Part shown: positions 1 to 9,252 of the stretch, piece by piece
Layout of the letters: each line of letters begins with the position of its first letter
Position numbering within the stretch: the first letter of the stretch is position 1
Origin: Psychrobacter cryohalolentis K5
GTDB lineage: Bacteria > Pseudomonadota > Gammaproteobacteria > Pseudomonadales > Moraxellaceae
Length of the DNA stretch: 32,000 nucleotides
Direction: 5' to 3'
Assembly (NCBI RefSeq): GCF_000013905.1
Contig: NC_007969.1
Span: 1,050,001-1,082,000, forward strand
Made by a program: the position numbers and the translations under genes
Notes under the pieces: model-generated
Told to the model about the DNA's origin: nothing
The model's database searches: none
The model's input: only the letters and a program-made list of their open reading frames with translations

Positions 1-90
1 GTAGTTATTCAGATTTTGCCATAACCATTGGTTTGACGCACGTTTTCTAGAGCGTCATAATCAATTTATGATTCATCACCTAAATAAAAT

Positions 91-122
91 AAAAAGGCTT
101 TCAACTATTTGGAAGCCTTTTT
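91..122. terminator. A/T-flanked hairpin, probable bidirectional intrinsic terminator upstream of atoE
   Basis: AAAAAGGCTT (91-100) pairs with AAGCCTTTTT (113-122) around a 12-nt loop. There is an A-run on the left and a T-run on the right. Confidence 0.4.
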
Positions 123-273
123 ATATGTGGAAGATATAATTAAACAGGTAAGAGTAAGGTCTAAATAAAAAATAATCGTTCATATCAGTACTGTAGCGTT
201 TCGAAATTGAATGGACTATAGTTAGCTAGCAATAGCATTCAAGAAATGTATATCTAAAAAAAGGAATTATAAA

Positions 274-1593
274 ATGAAAGGGATTACCCGTTTTTCGAAT
301 AGCTTAATGGAGAAGTATTTACCGGATCCATTTTTGTTCGTTATTATCTTAACAGTGGTTATTTTTGTACTGGGTTTAGGATTAACTGATTCTTCACCGG
401 TACAAATGGTGGCGTTTTGGGGTGAAGGTTTTTGGGCATTACTCGCATTCTCAATGCAGATGGTGTTGGTATTAGTCACAGGTTTTGTATTGGCAAGCAG
501 TCCGATATTTAAAAAAGGTTTAGGAAGGCTGGCAAGTTTAGCAAAATCGCCGGGCAGTGCCATTATCTTGGTAACTTTAGTATCCCTTGCAGCAAGCTGG
601 ATCAACTGGGGATTTGGGTTGGTGATTGGAGCATTATTCGCCAAAGAATTGGCAAAGCGTGTAGAGAATGTCGATTACCGTTTATTGATTGCCAGTGCTT
701 ATTCTGGTTTTATTATTTGGCATGCTGGGTTTTCGGGTTCCATTCCGTTATCCATTGCGACAGCAGGTCATCCGTTCGCTGATAAGATTGGTGTTATTCC
801 AACCAGTGAAACGATTTTTGCCAGCTATAACTTAATTATTGTGGCTGCATTGATTGTCATCGTTCCTTTACTCAACCGTTTGATGATGCCAAAAACAGAA
901 GATACGGTGACGGTAGATCCGAGACTTCTGGTTGAACCAATTGATGAAGTGCTGCCAGCAAAATCGGATATGACACCAGCAGAGCGTTTAGAAAACAGCT
1001 GGATTTTGTCAATGGTTATCGGTATGTTGGGCATTGCTTTTATCGTCTATTATTTTGTGCAAAATGGCTTTGCCTTGACACTAGATTTGGTCAACTTTAT
1101 GTTTTTGTTCCTCGGAATTATCTTTCACGGAACGCCTCGTAAGTATTTGATTGCCGTTCAAGAAGCGGTCAAAGGCGCCGGTGCTATTATTGTCCAGTTT
1201 CCGTTTTATGCAGGAATCATGGGTATGATGACAGCGTCAGGCTTGGCAGGCGTGATGTCAGAAGCATTCGTCAATATTTCGTCAGCTGAGACATTACCAC
1301 TTTTCGCCTTCTTAAGCGCAGGACTGGTTAACTTCTTTGTTCCTTCAGGTGGCGGACAGTGGGCAGTGCAAGCACCCATTATGTTAGAGGCGGCAGAGAT
1401 GCTGGGCAGCGATCCTGCAAAGGTTGCTATGGCAGTTGCATGGGGTGATGCATGGACAAATATGATTCAGCCATTTTGGGCATTGCCAGCCTTGGCAATT
1501 GCGGGACTCAAAGCCAAAGATATCATGGGTTTTTGTGTCATTGTCCTGATTGTTAGTGGTGTTGTGATTGGTTTAGGGCTATTGTTTTTATAA
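274..1593 (+). CDS. atoE: short-chain fatty acid transporter, AtoE family
   Basis: 439-aa polytopic membrane ORF. It is colinear, as I recall it, with E. coli AtoE (440 aa). Shared strings include YLPDP, GFWxLLAFxMQM, INWGFGLV, VQFPFYAGI, NFxVPSGGG and QPFWALPALAIAGL. Confidence 0.9.
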   Translation: MKGITRFSNSLMEKYLPDPFLFVIILTVVIFVLGLGLTDSSPVQMVAFWGEGFWALLAFSMQMVLVLVTGFVLASSPIFKKGLGRLASLAKSPGSAIILVTLVSLAASWINWGFGLVIGALFAKELAKRVENVDYRLLIASAYSGFIIWHAGFSGSIPLSIATAGHPFADKIGVIPTSETIFASYNLIIVAALIVIVPLLNRLMMPKTEDTVTVDPRLLVEPIDEVLPAKSDMTPAERLENSWILSMVIGMLGIAFIVYYFVQNGFALTLDLVNFMFLFLGIIFHGTPRKYLIAVQEAVKGAGAIIVQFPFYAGIMGMMTASGLAGVMSEAFVNISSAETLPLFAFLSAGLVNFFVPSGGGQWAVQAPIMLEAAEMLGSDPAKVAMAVAWGDAWTNMIQPFWALPALAIAGLKAKDIMGFCVIVLIVSGVVIGLGLLFL

Positions 1594-1628
1594 TTAAAAC
1601 CTAGCGTTTTTGGTACGACTTAGCGTTT

Positions 1629-1663
1629 AGACCTTGCCTATTTGATGGGTAAGGTCTTTTTTT
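1629..1663 (+). terminator. intrinsic terminator after atoE
   Basis: AGACCTTGCC (1629-1638) pairs with GGTAAGGTCT (1648-1657), giving a 10-bp stem with one G-U. A run of seven T follows (1657-1663). Confidence 0.6.
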
Positions 1664-1838
1664 ATGAGAATAATTCAAGGGGTATGTCTATCGCTGTCTA
1701 TCTAAAATTGTCCAAATAAGCGACAATACCCGCATAAATTTTAAGCGCATATTAAGAGCGATATATCCGCTTAGAGACGCTCATTTTTTTTGATAGCAGA
1801 CATCTATTAAATCTAACATACATAAAAGGCCGTCCCAA

Positions 1839-2528
1839 ATGACCGATGATAACCCGTATAATTTTTTACCCTTGCAGCCTACCGGTAGAAACGAGACTGA
1901 TACTGCCAACACTTACGCGCCTGAAGACATGATCAAGATATACGAGCAGCAATTTCTCATACCAGTCCCTGAAGAGCAGTTGACCGAATTTTTACCTGCT
2001 TTAAAGAGCTTCTATGATATTGACAATCATACTCTAGATGTCAGCGCCATTATCTTCGAAGCAATCGCGGATGCGAGTATTATTTACAATCACAAAATAA
2101 AAGCAGGGCGCTACCAACTCCTAGAGGGCTTGGTAAAAGAAGAGCTTGAACATGATGAAGACGACAAAAATGACTCAGGCGTTGACAGCAATGACAGTGA
2201 AGAAGCACAAGCCTATACCCTAGAGTGTAAGCGTACCTTTTTTATTAATGATATAGAGATGCCTTATTATTTTAATTTATTTATTCAGGGCGATAGCTAT
2301 TCAACATTAACCAAACAAGACACCTTGCTAGAGCAGATGTATTGGTTCGCGAGTGACGGTACTGATGACAACGAGCGCTTAGGGACTATCAATGCGCAGT
2401 TAGCTGACTTAGGTATTCGCGCAATGGATCTGGCGACGCTCTATCAGATAGTGGATTATGTAGAAGACCACATCATAGACGATGCCATGATAGAAACCCT
2501 GAATAAATTATTAGACGATGTTGAGTAG
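1839..2528 (+). CDS. hypothetical, extremely acidic protein (229 aa)
   Basis: Long ORF with no competing frame. My count is 49 D+E against 14 K+R, including the tract EELEHDEDDKNDSGVDSNDSEE. I recognise no family motif and the Shine-Dalgarno is weak (AAAAGG). Confidence 0.55.
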   Translation: MTDDNPYNFLPLQPTGRNETDTANTYAPEDMIKIYEQQFLIPVPEEQLTEFLPALKSFYDIDNHTLDVSAIIFEAIADASIIYNHKIKAGRYQLLEGLVKEELEHDEDDKNDSGVDSNDSEEAQAYTLECKRTFFINDIEMPYYFNLFIQGDSYSTLTKQDTLLEQMYWFASDGTDDNERLGTINAQLADLGIRAMDLATLYQIVDYVEDHIIDDAMIETLNKLLDDVE

Positions 2529-2617
2529 TAAATAACACCAAATAGTTAATCCAACTCTGTATGTGACTTTAAGTTATAACACTTTCTCTTTATACGGTCT
2601 GCCAAGGAGAGTGACAC

Positions 2618-3826
2618 GTGGTACATCACAATAACGCCAATATTAAAAGCAAATCAGCATGGGCTGTTTTTCTTATCTTCCTTAGATTGGGATTGACCTC
2701 ATTTGGTGGCCCCGTCGCTCATTTGGGCTATTTCCGTGATGAGTTTGTAATACGCCACAAGTGGCTGACTGAGAACAGCTATGCCGATTTAATCGCGCTT
2801 TGTCAGTTTTTACCAGGACCTGCCAGCAGTCAAGTTGGCATTGCTATCGGGTTATCTCGAGCAGGATATGCTGGCGCGCTTGCTGCTTGGACGGGTTTTA
2901 CCTTACCCTCTGCCATAGTGCTTATGTTGTTTGCCATAGGTATTAGCAGTTATGGGGATATTGTTCCACTTGGTGTATTACATGGTTTAAAGGTCGCGGC
3001 AGTGGCTGTGGTTGCGCAAGCGGTATGGGGTATGGGGAAAAATCTCTGCACCGATGTTGCGCGAATCTCTATCATGGCGCTGGCTGCTTGTTTTGTACTT
3101 TTGGTGCCTTCTGCATTAGCTCAAGTAAGCGTTATTGCGATTGCAGCCATTATTGGGCTGCTATGGTTCAAACCTGAAAAAGTGATTGCTCATGACCCTT
3201 TGCCTATTACTGTAAGACGTCGGACTGGGCTTGTTTGGTTGTTCTTGTTTTTTTCATTGCTCATTGGTTTGCCACTGCTAACTGCATTATATCCAAGCCA
3301 AACCCTATCTATGGTAGATACCTTTTTTCGTGCAGGATCACTTGTATTTGGTGGCGGACACGTAGTATTGCCATTATTACAGGCTGAGATTGTTCCCGCA
3401 GGCTGGATGAGTAACGATACTTTCTTAGCAGGTTACGGAGCTACGCAAGCAGTGCCAGGACCTTTATTTACCTTCGCAGCATTTCTAGGTAGCTCGATGA
3501 ATCAAGCTCCTAGTGGCTGGCTAGGAGGGATGATTTGCTTGATAGCAATCTTTGCGCCGTCATTTTTATTGGTTATGGGCGCACTGCCATTTTGGGAGAG
3601 TCTACGCCAAAATCTGCGCACAAGAGCCGCACTATCTGGTATCAATGCAGCGGTCGTCGGTTTGTTATTGTCAGCGCTTTATCAGCCTGTATGGACAAGC
3701 GCTATCATTGAAGCAAAAGATTTTGGTCTGGCGTTGGTCGCTCTCATTGCTTTGATGTTCTGGAAAGTCCCTGCTTGGCTGGTAGTGATTGGCTGCGGAG
3801 CCGCTGGATGGTTATTAATGCTATAA
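2618..3826 (+). CDS. chrA: chromate ion transporter (CHR family, two-domain ChrA type)
   Basis: GTG start 7 nt after AAGGAGAG. The N-terminal CHR signature is SFGGPVAHLGYFRDEFV. A second internal copy reads LVFGGGHVVLPLLQAEIV. About 12 hydrophobic segments. Confidence 0.85.
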   Translation: MVHHNNANIKSKSAWAVFLIFLRLGLTSFGGPVAHLGYFRDEFVIRHKWLTENSYADLIALCQFLPGPASSQVGIAIGLSRAGYAGALAAWTGFTLPSAIVLMLFAIGISSYGDIVPLGVLHGLKVAAVAVVAQAVWGMGKNLCTDVARISIMALAACFVLLVPSALAQVSVIAIAAIIGLLWFKPEKVIAHDPLPITVRRRTGLVWLFLFFSLLIGLPLLTALYPSQTLSMVDTFFRAGSLVFGGGHVVLPLLQAEIVPAGWMSNDTFLAGYGATQAVPGPLFTFAAFLGSSMNQAPSGWLGGMICLIAIFAPSFLLVMGALPFWESLRQNLRTRAALSGINAAVVGLLLSALYQPVWTSAIIEAKDFGLALVALIALMFWKVPAWLVVIGCGAAGWLLML

Positions 3827-4190
3827 GGTGGCAACTACCTGTATAGTAATCAGATACATTAAGAAATTGCTAATTTTAAAAATTGCTCATTATTAAGCAG
3901 TTTTTTCTAATTTTGGAAGGTTTAACTCTCTCAAGAGTCACCACATCAAGTTACGTTTCAACATCCACCTCAAACGCTAAAGCTGAAATTCACCAAATTT
4001 ATCTTTACCGTTTATGCAGCATAGCTCAAGGTTATTGATAACGCTAAAATAGAGCAGGATAAATGACCCATAATAAGATAAACTGCCCCGCGAGCGCTGA
4101 TTGGAGTCGATATATTTCGGACTGGGCAGACGCACTTAATCAGTTATAAAAGAACATTGATAAAAGATTATTGATATAAGGTACATCACG

Positions 4191-4904
4191 ATGGAACAAG
4201 CACAAAGCGCGGTAGAAAAAAGACCTGTATTCATGCCTAGAGTCAACAGTGACAATCTGGTAAAAACGGATATGGTTAGGTTTGAGCGTCATGTGGGATT
4301 TGCGAGTCGGCAAAAGAAAAAATCTATCAATGATATGCATCAAGTTATTCGCAAAAAATATGGCTTTAATCACGTTTTAGAGCTGTCGAGTAAATCAGGT
4401 AATAAGTTGAGTTTTCTGCTGAGCCCTTTGAGCCTAAAGCTAACTAATGAGAATGGTGGCGAGCAGTATAGTGTCGAAAACGCCTTCCAAAGCAGTATGG
4501 TTTTTGAGGATGGTGGCCCCTATATCGACTTGCTAAGTGCACCGCCCAGACAAGCCAAAAAAGATGAGCGATTAATCAACTCGGGTGAACTCATTGGCTA
4601 TAATTATTTCGGTATGGAATGGAGTGTAGAGCCATTAACGACATTTTATGATTGGCTATATGTGAATGCATTAAAGCAAAACCCTCACTTGCATGAAGAG
4701 GTCATGCAATATCAGGCTTTTACTGATATGGAGTTTAATCCAAAGAAATCTATCCATGGTGCAGCTTATGCACTGGCTATGTTTGTGGCGCTCCATAAAA
4801 GAGAGTTGCTCGATAATATTGAAGATCCAGCGGTATTTTTTAACTTATATCATGACTTTAAAGTGAGTAACACCGAGGAGCTTTTGGAAGCGGGTTGGAT
4901 CTGA
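4191..4904 (+). CDS. hypothetical protein (237 aa), family not recognised
   Basis: Clean ORF preceded by about 360 bp of non-coding DNA. Only weak by-eye resemblance to NADAR/YbiA-type motifs (see findings). Confidence 0.55.
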   Translation: MEQAQSAVEKRPVFMPRVNSDNLVKTDMVRFERHVGFASRQKKKSINDMHQVIRKKYGFNHVLELSSKSGNKLSFLLSPLSLKLTNENGGEQYSVENAFQSSMVFEDGGPYIDLLSAPPRQAKKDERLINSGELIGYNYFGMEWSVEPLTTFYDWLYVNALKQNPHLHEEVMQYQAFTDMEFNPKKSIHGAAYALAMFVALHKRELLDNIEDPAVFFNLYHDFKVSNTEELLEAGWI

Positions 4905-4932
4905 TAACTAGACCAGCGCTCAATTTAGTATA

Positions 4933-4954
4933 AGAAATTGGTTAACTAATTTTC
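4933..4954. promoter_or_regulatory. 22-bp near-palindrome between the orphan gene and the LysR gene (possible operator or terminator stem)
   Basis: AGAAATTGGTTAACTAATTTCT matches its reverse complement at 20 of 22 positions. It lies about 100 bp upstream of the LysR start. Confidence 0.25.
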
Positions 4955-5056
4955 TTGCTAGGCTGTAGTGGCATACTAACCTTAGACTGTGCTTAAAAGA
5001 AGTGATGTGATACGAAGTACCACATCTATTATCATGGAAGAAAATAAAAACAGACT

Positions 5057-6034
5057 ATGAAAACTGATACCAATCCTTCGCTTGCGTTTAGAAGATACCC
5101 TTCGACGACTGCGCTGCAATGCTTCGAGACAGCGGCTCGTCACCTAAGTTTTACTAATGCCGCCTTAGAGCTGCATATGACGCAAAGTGCGATAAGCAAG
5201 CAAGTGGCGCAGTTAGAAGAGATGCTGAATATCTCTTTGTTTTATCGTACCTCGCAGCGTATTTCGTTAACGCCAGCAGGCAAAGCTTATTATATCGATG
5301 TACTAAGTATTCTTAAGCATATCGAGACTGCGACGACCAATTTGATGTCGCATAGCAGTAATTTGGAGGTGCTAAAAATGGTCTCGCATCCCACTTTTTG
5401 TGCACGTTGGCTGATTCCTGCGCTTCACGGCTTTAGTCAGGAAAACCCTTTAATTAGGCTGGATATTAAAGAGCAGGTAGGTCCATTTTTCTCCGAAGAG
5501 CATGATATCGATATTGCGTTCTTATACGGAGAAGGGACGTGGTCGGGAATGCAAAACGTTAAATTGTTTGATGAGTACTGTGTGGCGGTTTGTCGCCCTG
5601 ATTATTTGCAAGGTAAAGACTTGCAACCGCAGCAGTCGGACAGCTATGTATTGCTACAGCTGAGTTCACGTCCTAGCGCATGGTACGAATACTTTAAGCA
5701 GCAGCTGATTAGCTTGGATGGTACGTTTGTAGGCCCACGCTTTGATACGTTTCATGCCTGTATTTCGGCAGCTTTAACAGGTTATGGCGTTGCCTTGGTG
5801 CCGTTACGTTTGGTGGCTCCCGAGCTACAATCGGGTCAGCTGATGATGGCTTGGAAATATGCGGCCAAGGGGAGAGGGGCTTACTATATGTCTTATCCTT
5901 TATCGCTTGGCAACTCGCACAAGACCAAAGTGATGCAAGAGTGGATTGCACGCTACTTAGAAACCTCTAGTCAGAGTCAGGTGGAGTTAGCCAGTTTGCT
6001 TGGTATCACTTGTACGAGTATCAGCCACGGATAA
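5057..6034 (+). CDS. LysR-family transcriptional regulator (GcvA-like)
   Basis: N-terminal winged-HTH string LQCFETAARHLSFTNAALELHMTQSAISKQVAQLEE. Size and C-terminal substrate-binding-like region fit the family. Confidence 0.85.
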   Translation: MKTDTNPSLAFRRYPSTTALQCFETAARHLSFTNAALELHMTQSAISKQVAQLEEMLNISLFYRTSQRISLTPAGKAYYIDVLSILKHIETATTNLMSHSSNLEVLKMVSHPTFCARWLIPALHGFSQENPLIRLDIKEQVGPFFSEEHDIDIAFLYGEGTWSGMQNVKLFDEYCVAVCRPDYLQGKDLQPQQSDSYVLLQLSSRPSAWYEYFKQQLISLDGTFVGPRFDTFHACISAALTGYGVALVPLRLVAPELQSGQLMMAWKYAAKGRGAYYMSYPLSLGNSHKTKVMQEWIARYLETSSQSQVELASLLGITCTSISHG

Positions 6035-6195
6035 CGACAGTAAGATGATTAACTGCTAAAAGCTAATGATGAAGAATAACCTTTGCAATTAGCCACGATG
6101 ACAAAAAGGAATGCCCGCCCAACTATTATTCGTTTGCCCAAATCCTATCGTTTTGTTGAAATGAGCGTCTAACTCAAGGAAGATGAGAGACGTTC

Positions 6196-7467
6196 ATGGA
6201 TTCGTTGTATAACGTTACCGATGCATTCACCATGGTGCATCCAGTAACCCTTAGCAAAGGTAAAAATGCGCACGTTTGGGATACGAATGGCAAGCACTAT
6301 ATTGATTTCGTCGGTGGTATCGGCGTATTAAATTTTGGTCATTGTCATCCGCATATCGTGGACGCTATCATCGATCAATCACAAAACCTCATCCACTACG
6401 CTTATAATGCGGCAGGTCACCTGCCTTACCAAAAGCTCATGCCGAGACTTTGCGATTTAGTTCCCATTGCAGGCAAACTTGCAGGCATGTTAACCAATTG
6501 CGGCGCCGAAGCGACCGAAAACGCGATCAAAATTGCCCGTATGAAGACTGGTCGTGTCGGTGTGATTGCTTTTGATGGCGGCTTTCATGGCCGTACCCTC
6601 GCAGCTGTTAATCTCAATGGTAAAGTGGCCCCGTATAAACGTGGTCTTGGCCCTCTTGCCGGCAGTGTCTATCATATCCCATTCCCAAGCCCTGATAATA
6701 ATATCAGTGACCAGCAAGCGATTGACACTTTGCTGCGCCTGTTCGAGGTCGAAACGGATATTGGTAATATCGGCGCTATCATCGCAGAACCTGTACAAGG
6801 CGAGGGCGGTTTTCAATTAATGTCGTCAAAATTTGCTCAATACTTACGTAAGTTTTGTGATGATCATGGCATCTTGCTCATTATGGACGAGATTCAGTCA
6901 GGCTTTGGGCGTACAGGTACACCTTTTGCTTTCAGCCATCTAGGTATCGAGCCTGATATGGTATTGCTGGGTAAAAGTATTGCCGGCGGTTTACCATTGG
7001 GGGCAGTCATTGGTAAAGGCACTGTCATGAACGACTTACCAAAGGGCAGCTTGGGCGGTACTTATTCTGGCAACCCAGTAGCATGTGCTGCTGCCAATGC
7101 CACGCTCGATATCATGGCAGAAAATGCCGTATGGGACTTCGCAAAACACTATCAGCAGACCATTGAAAAGACGATAGCGCAGTGGCAGCAAGAGGGTATA
7201 ACGCCTTGGTTATATAGTTTAACCGGTATCGGTGCTATGCGTGGCATTGAACTGCGTCATCCGTCTCACGGTACGCACCCAAGCGTGATGGCCTATATTT
7301 TAGCGGAAGCTCGTAAGCAAGGACTGCTGTTGATGCCTAGTGGTAAATACCGCCATATTATTCGCTTATTACCGCCATTAACGATTGAGCCTGAAACCCT
7401 ACAAGAAGGTCTTGATATCTTGAAAGGCATTCTAGCATCCATCCCAAACGAGCTGCCGATTCAATGA
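6196..7467 (+). CDS. class-III PLP aminotransferase (GabT/DavT-like; candidate 2-aminoadipate transaminase in this context)
   Basis: Motifs GGIGVLNFGH, DGGFHGRT, EPVQGEGGF, DEIQSGFGRTG and the PLP-lysine context LLGKSIAGGLPLG. Confidence 0.85.
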   Translation: MDSLYNVTDAFTMVHPVTLSKGKNAHVWDTNGKHYIDFVGGIGVLNFGHCHPHIVDAIIDQSQNLIHYAYNAAGHLPYQKLMPRLCDLVPIAGKLAGMLTNCGAEATENAIKIARMKTGRVGVIAFDGGFHGRTLAAVNLNGKVAPYKRGLGPLAGSVYHIPFPSPDNNISDQQAIDTLLRLFEVETDIGNIGAIIAEPVQGEGGFQLMSSKFAQYLRKFCDDHGILLIMDEIQSGFGRTGTPFAFSHLGIEPDMVLLGKSIAGGLPLGAVIGKGTVMNDLPKGSLGGTYSGNPVACAAANATLDIMAENAVWDFAKHYQQTIEKTIAQWQQEGITPWLYSLTGIGAMRGIELRHPSHGTHPSVMAYILAEARKQGLLLMPSGKYRHIIRLLPPLTIEPETLQEGLDILKGILASIPNELPIQ

Positions 7468-7563
7468 GTAATATTGCTTGTAGCTTCTATTTTTCTATAT
7501 CAAGTAGCCATCATTTTTAACTATTATTCATTTGTCATCACAAGCAGTTTAAGGAGAATAACC

Positions 7564-8997
7564 GTGAGTTTAGAGCATTTAAGTTCAAACCAAAGAAATA
7601 TGAGCAGTGATGATATCCGTCATCGTTTTTCGCTCGCTATGTCAAAGATGTATCAAAAAGAAGTGCCGCTATATACTGATCTTATGAATCTGGTCGCTGA
7701 AGTTAATAAGGATGTATTGGACAAGCAACCTGAGATTGCTGAACAGCTTAAGAATACTAATGAAATCGATAGACTCAGCATGGAGCGCCATGGAGCGATT
7801 CGATTGGGTACGGCGGCAGAGCTTATGATGATGCGTCGTTTGTTTGCAGTTATGGGCATGCACCCGGTCGGTTACTATGACCTAGCGCCTGCTGGCGTGC
7901 CAGTGCATTCTACAGCGTTTCGCGCGATTGATACGGCATCGCTCAATAATAGTCCGTTTCGCGTATTTACCTCATTATTGCGTTTAGATTTGATTGGCGA
8001 TGCGACGCTCAAGCAACAAGCCCAAGCGGCATTGGATGCACGCTGTATTTTTACCGATGACGCAATCAAACTGATTAAAATTTATGAAAACGAGGGCGGT
8101 CTAACGAATGAGCAGGGTGAGCAATTTGTCCAAGAAGCGTTAGAGACTTTCCGCTGGCATGAGCAGTCGCCTATCTCGAAAGACGTATATGAGCAGTTGG
8201 CAGGTCAGCATCAACTGATTGCCGATGTGGTTGGGTTTAAAGGACCACATATCAATCATTTGACCCCAAGGACGCTAGATATCGATGCCGTCCAACAAGG
8301 TATGCAGCGCCGAGGGATTACACCAAAAGCGATCATTGAGGGACCGCCACGCCGTTACTGTCCTATTCTTTTGCGCCAGACCAGTTTTAAGGCATTAGTA
8401 GAAGCAGTAAGTTTTAAAGATGTTGAAGGTCAATATGAATCAGGTCAGCATACTGCTCGCTTTGGTGAAATTGAGCAGCGCGGTGTAGCCCTGACCCCAA
8501 AAGGCCGTGCCCTTTACGACCAATTGCTAACCGAAGCTCGTGAAAAATTGGGCATGACCCCAAATGAAGACAATGCTGAGCAATATTATCGATTATTAAG
8601 CGAATCTTTTGCCGCTTTTCCAGACGATTATCAGACACTGCATCATGAGCAGCTCGCTTATTTCCTCTATCAGGTAGCTGACAAGGAAGCTTTTGCAAAT
8701 CAGTTCGTGGATCCATCGTCAAACGAGCTCTCTGCTGCTAATCTGCAAAGCCTGATTGAGCAAGATATCATTCGTATCGAGCCGATTGTTTATGAAGACT
8801 TTTTGCCTGTGAGTGCAGCCGGTATCTTCCAGTCCAATCTTCATAGAGATAGCGAGAACAGCTATGATGGTCAGTCCAATAAGCAAGAATTTGAGCAAGC
8901 CTTAGGCATGCGTGTGCAAGATGAATTGGCATTATATGCGCAGCGGCAGAACGAGAGTCTACAAGCGTGTTTGGCCTCATTACGACAAGTGGCCTAA
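7564..8997 (+). CDS. hglS: DUF1338 family 2-oxoadipate dioxygenase/decarboxylase (HglS/YdcJ-like)
   Basis: N-terminal FSLAMSKMYQKEVPLYTDL, VHSTAFR and HINHLTPRTLDID are strings I associate with DUF1338/HglS. I chose the GTG at 7564, 7 nt after AAGGAG; the ATG at 7600 is an alternative. The track start at 7474 adds a hydrophobic, low-complexity extension. Confidence 0.8.
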   Translation: MSLEHLSSNQRNMSSDDIRHRFSLAMSKMYQKEVPLYTDLMNLVAEVNKDVLDKQPEIAEQLKNTNEIDRLSMERHGAIRLGTAAELMMMRRLFAVMGMHPVGYYDLAPAGVPVHSTAFRAIDTASLNNSPFRVFTSLLRLDLIGDATLKQQAQAALDARCIFTDDAIKLIKIYENEGGLTNEQGEQFVQEALETFRWHEQSPISKDVYEQLAGQHQLIADVVGFKGPHINHLTPRTLDIDAVQQGMQRRGITPKAIIEGPPRRYCPILLRQTSFKALVEAVSFKDVEGQYESGQHTARFGEIEQRGVALTPKGRALYDQLLTEAREKLGMTPNEDNAEQYYRLLSESFAAFPDDYQTLHHEQLAYFLYQVADKEAFANQFVDPSSNELSAANLQSLIEQDIIRIEPIVYEDFLPVSAAGIFQSNLHRDSENSYDGQSNKQEFEQALGMRVQDELALYAQRQNESLQACLASLRQVA

Positions 8998-9252
8998 AGC
9001 AACTTATGGTTAAAAGACAAAACAGTGGCGCAGTTAAAAAATTGTTTTAGGCCAGTAAGGTTTAATCCGCTTTAATGCAGTGAAAAGGATATCAGTCAAT
9101 ATATTGATTCATTAAGATTTTATCCACTAAGTTTAGAATGCCATTCCAAAAATGAATGACAGCAAGAAATTTATTATTTTGCAACTTGAGCGACGGCAGG
9201 GTAGTTTATAGATCTGCACGGACGTAACGAAATACTATACAAAGGAGTCAGT

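Noticed and set aside
215-227. The 13-mer ACTATAGTTAGCT is shared between the atoE upstream region (215-227) and the TauE upstream region (20951-20963)
   Set aside because: The identity does not extend beyond 13 nt. Exact 13-mer matches are expected several times by chance among the roughly 5e8 position pairs in 32 kb.
267-644. 125-aa ORF antisense to atoE
   Set aside because: It lies entirely inside the confidently assigned atoE gene on the opposite strand, has low-complexity composition and carries no motif. This is typical shadow-ORF behaviour.
4140-4373. 77-aa minus-strand ORF overlapping the start of the 237-aa gene
   Set aside because: AT-rich, Phe/Asn/Ile-rich product with no start signal. 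The plus-strand ORF is three times longer.
7474-7563. 30-codon N-terminal extension of the HglS ORF in the track
   Set aside because: The extension starts at TTG 7 nt after the previous stop and encodes a hydrophobic, low-complexity peptide. A good AAGGAG-N7-GTG start exists at 7564, and homologues as I recall them begin near the conserved FSxAMSxMY segment.
9096-9107. 12-bp palindrome TCAATATATTGA upstream of amaB, considered as a LysR operator
   Set aside because: It is short and AT-only in an AT-rich spacer and does not clearly fit a T-N11-A LysR box. I noticed it, but it is too weak to annotate.
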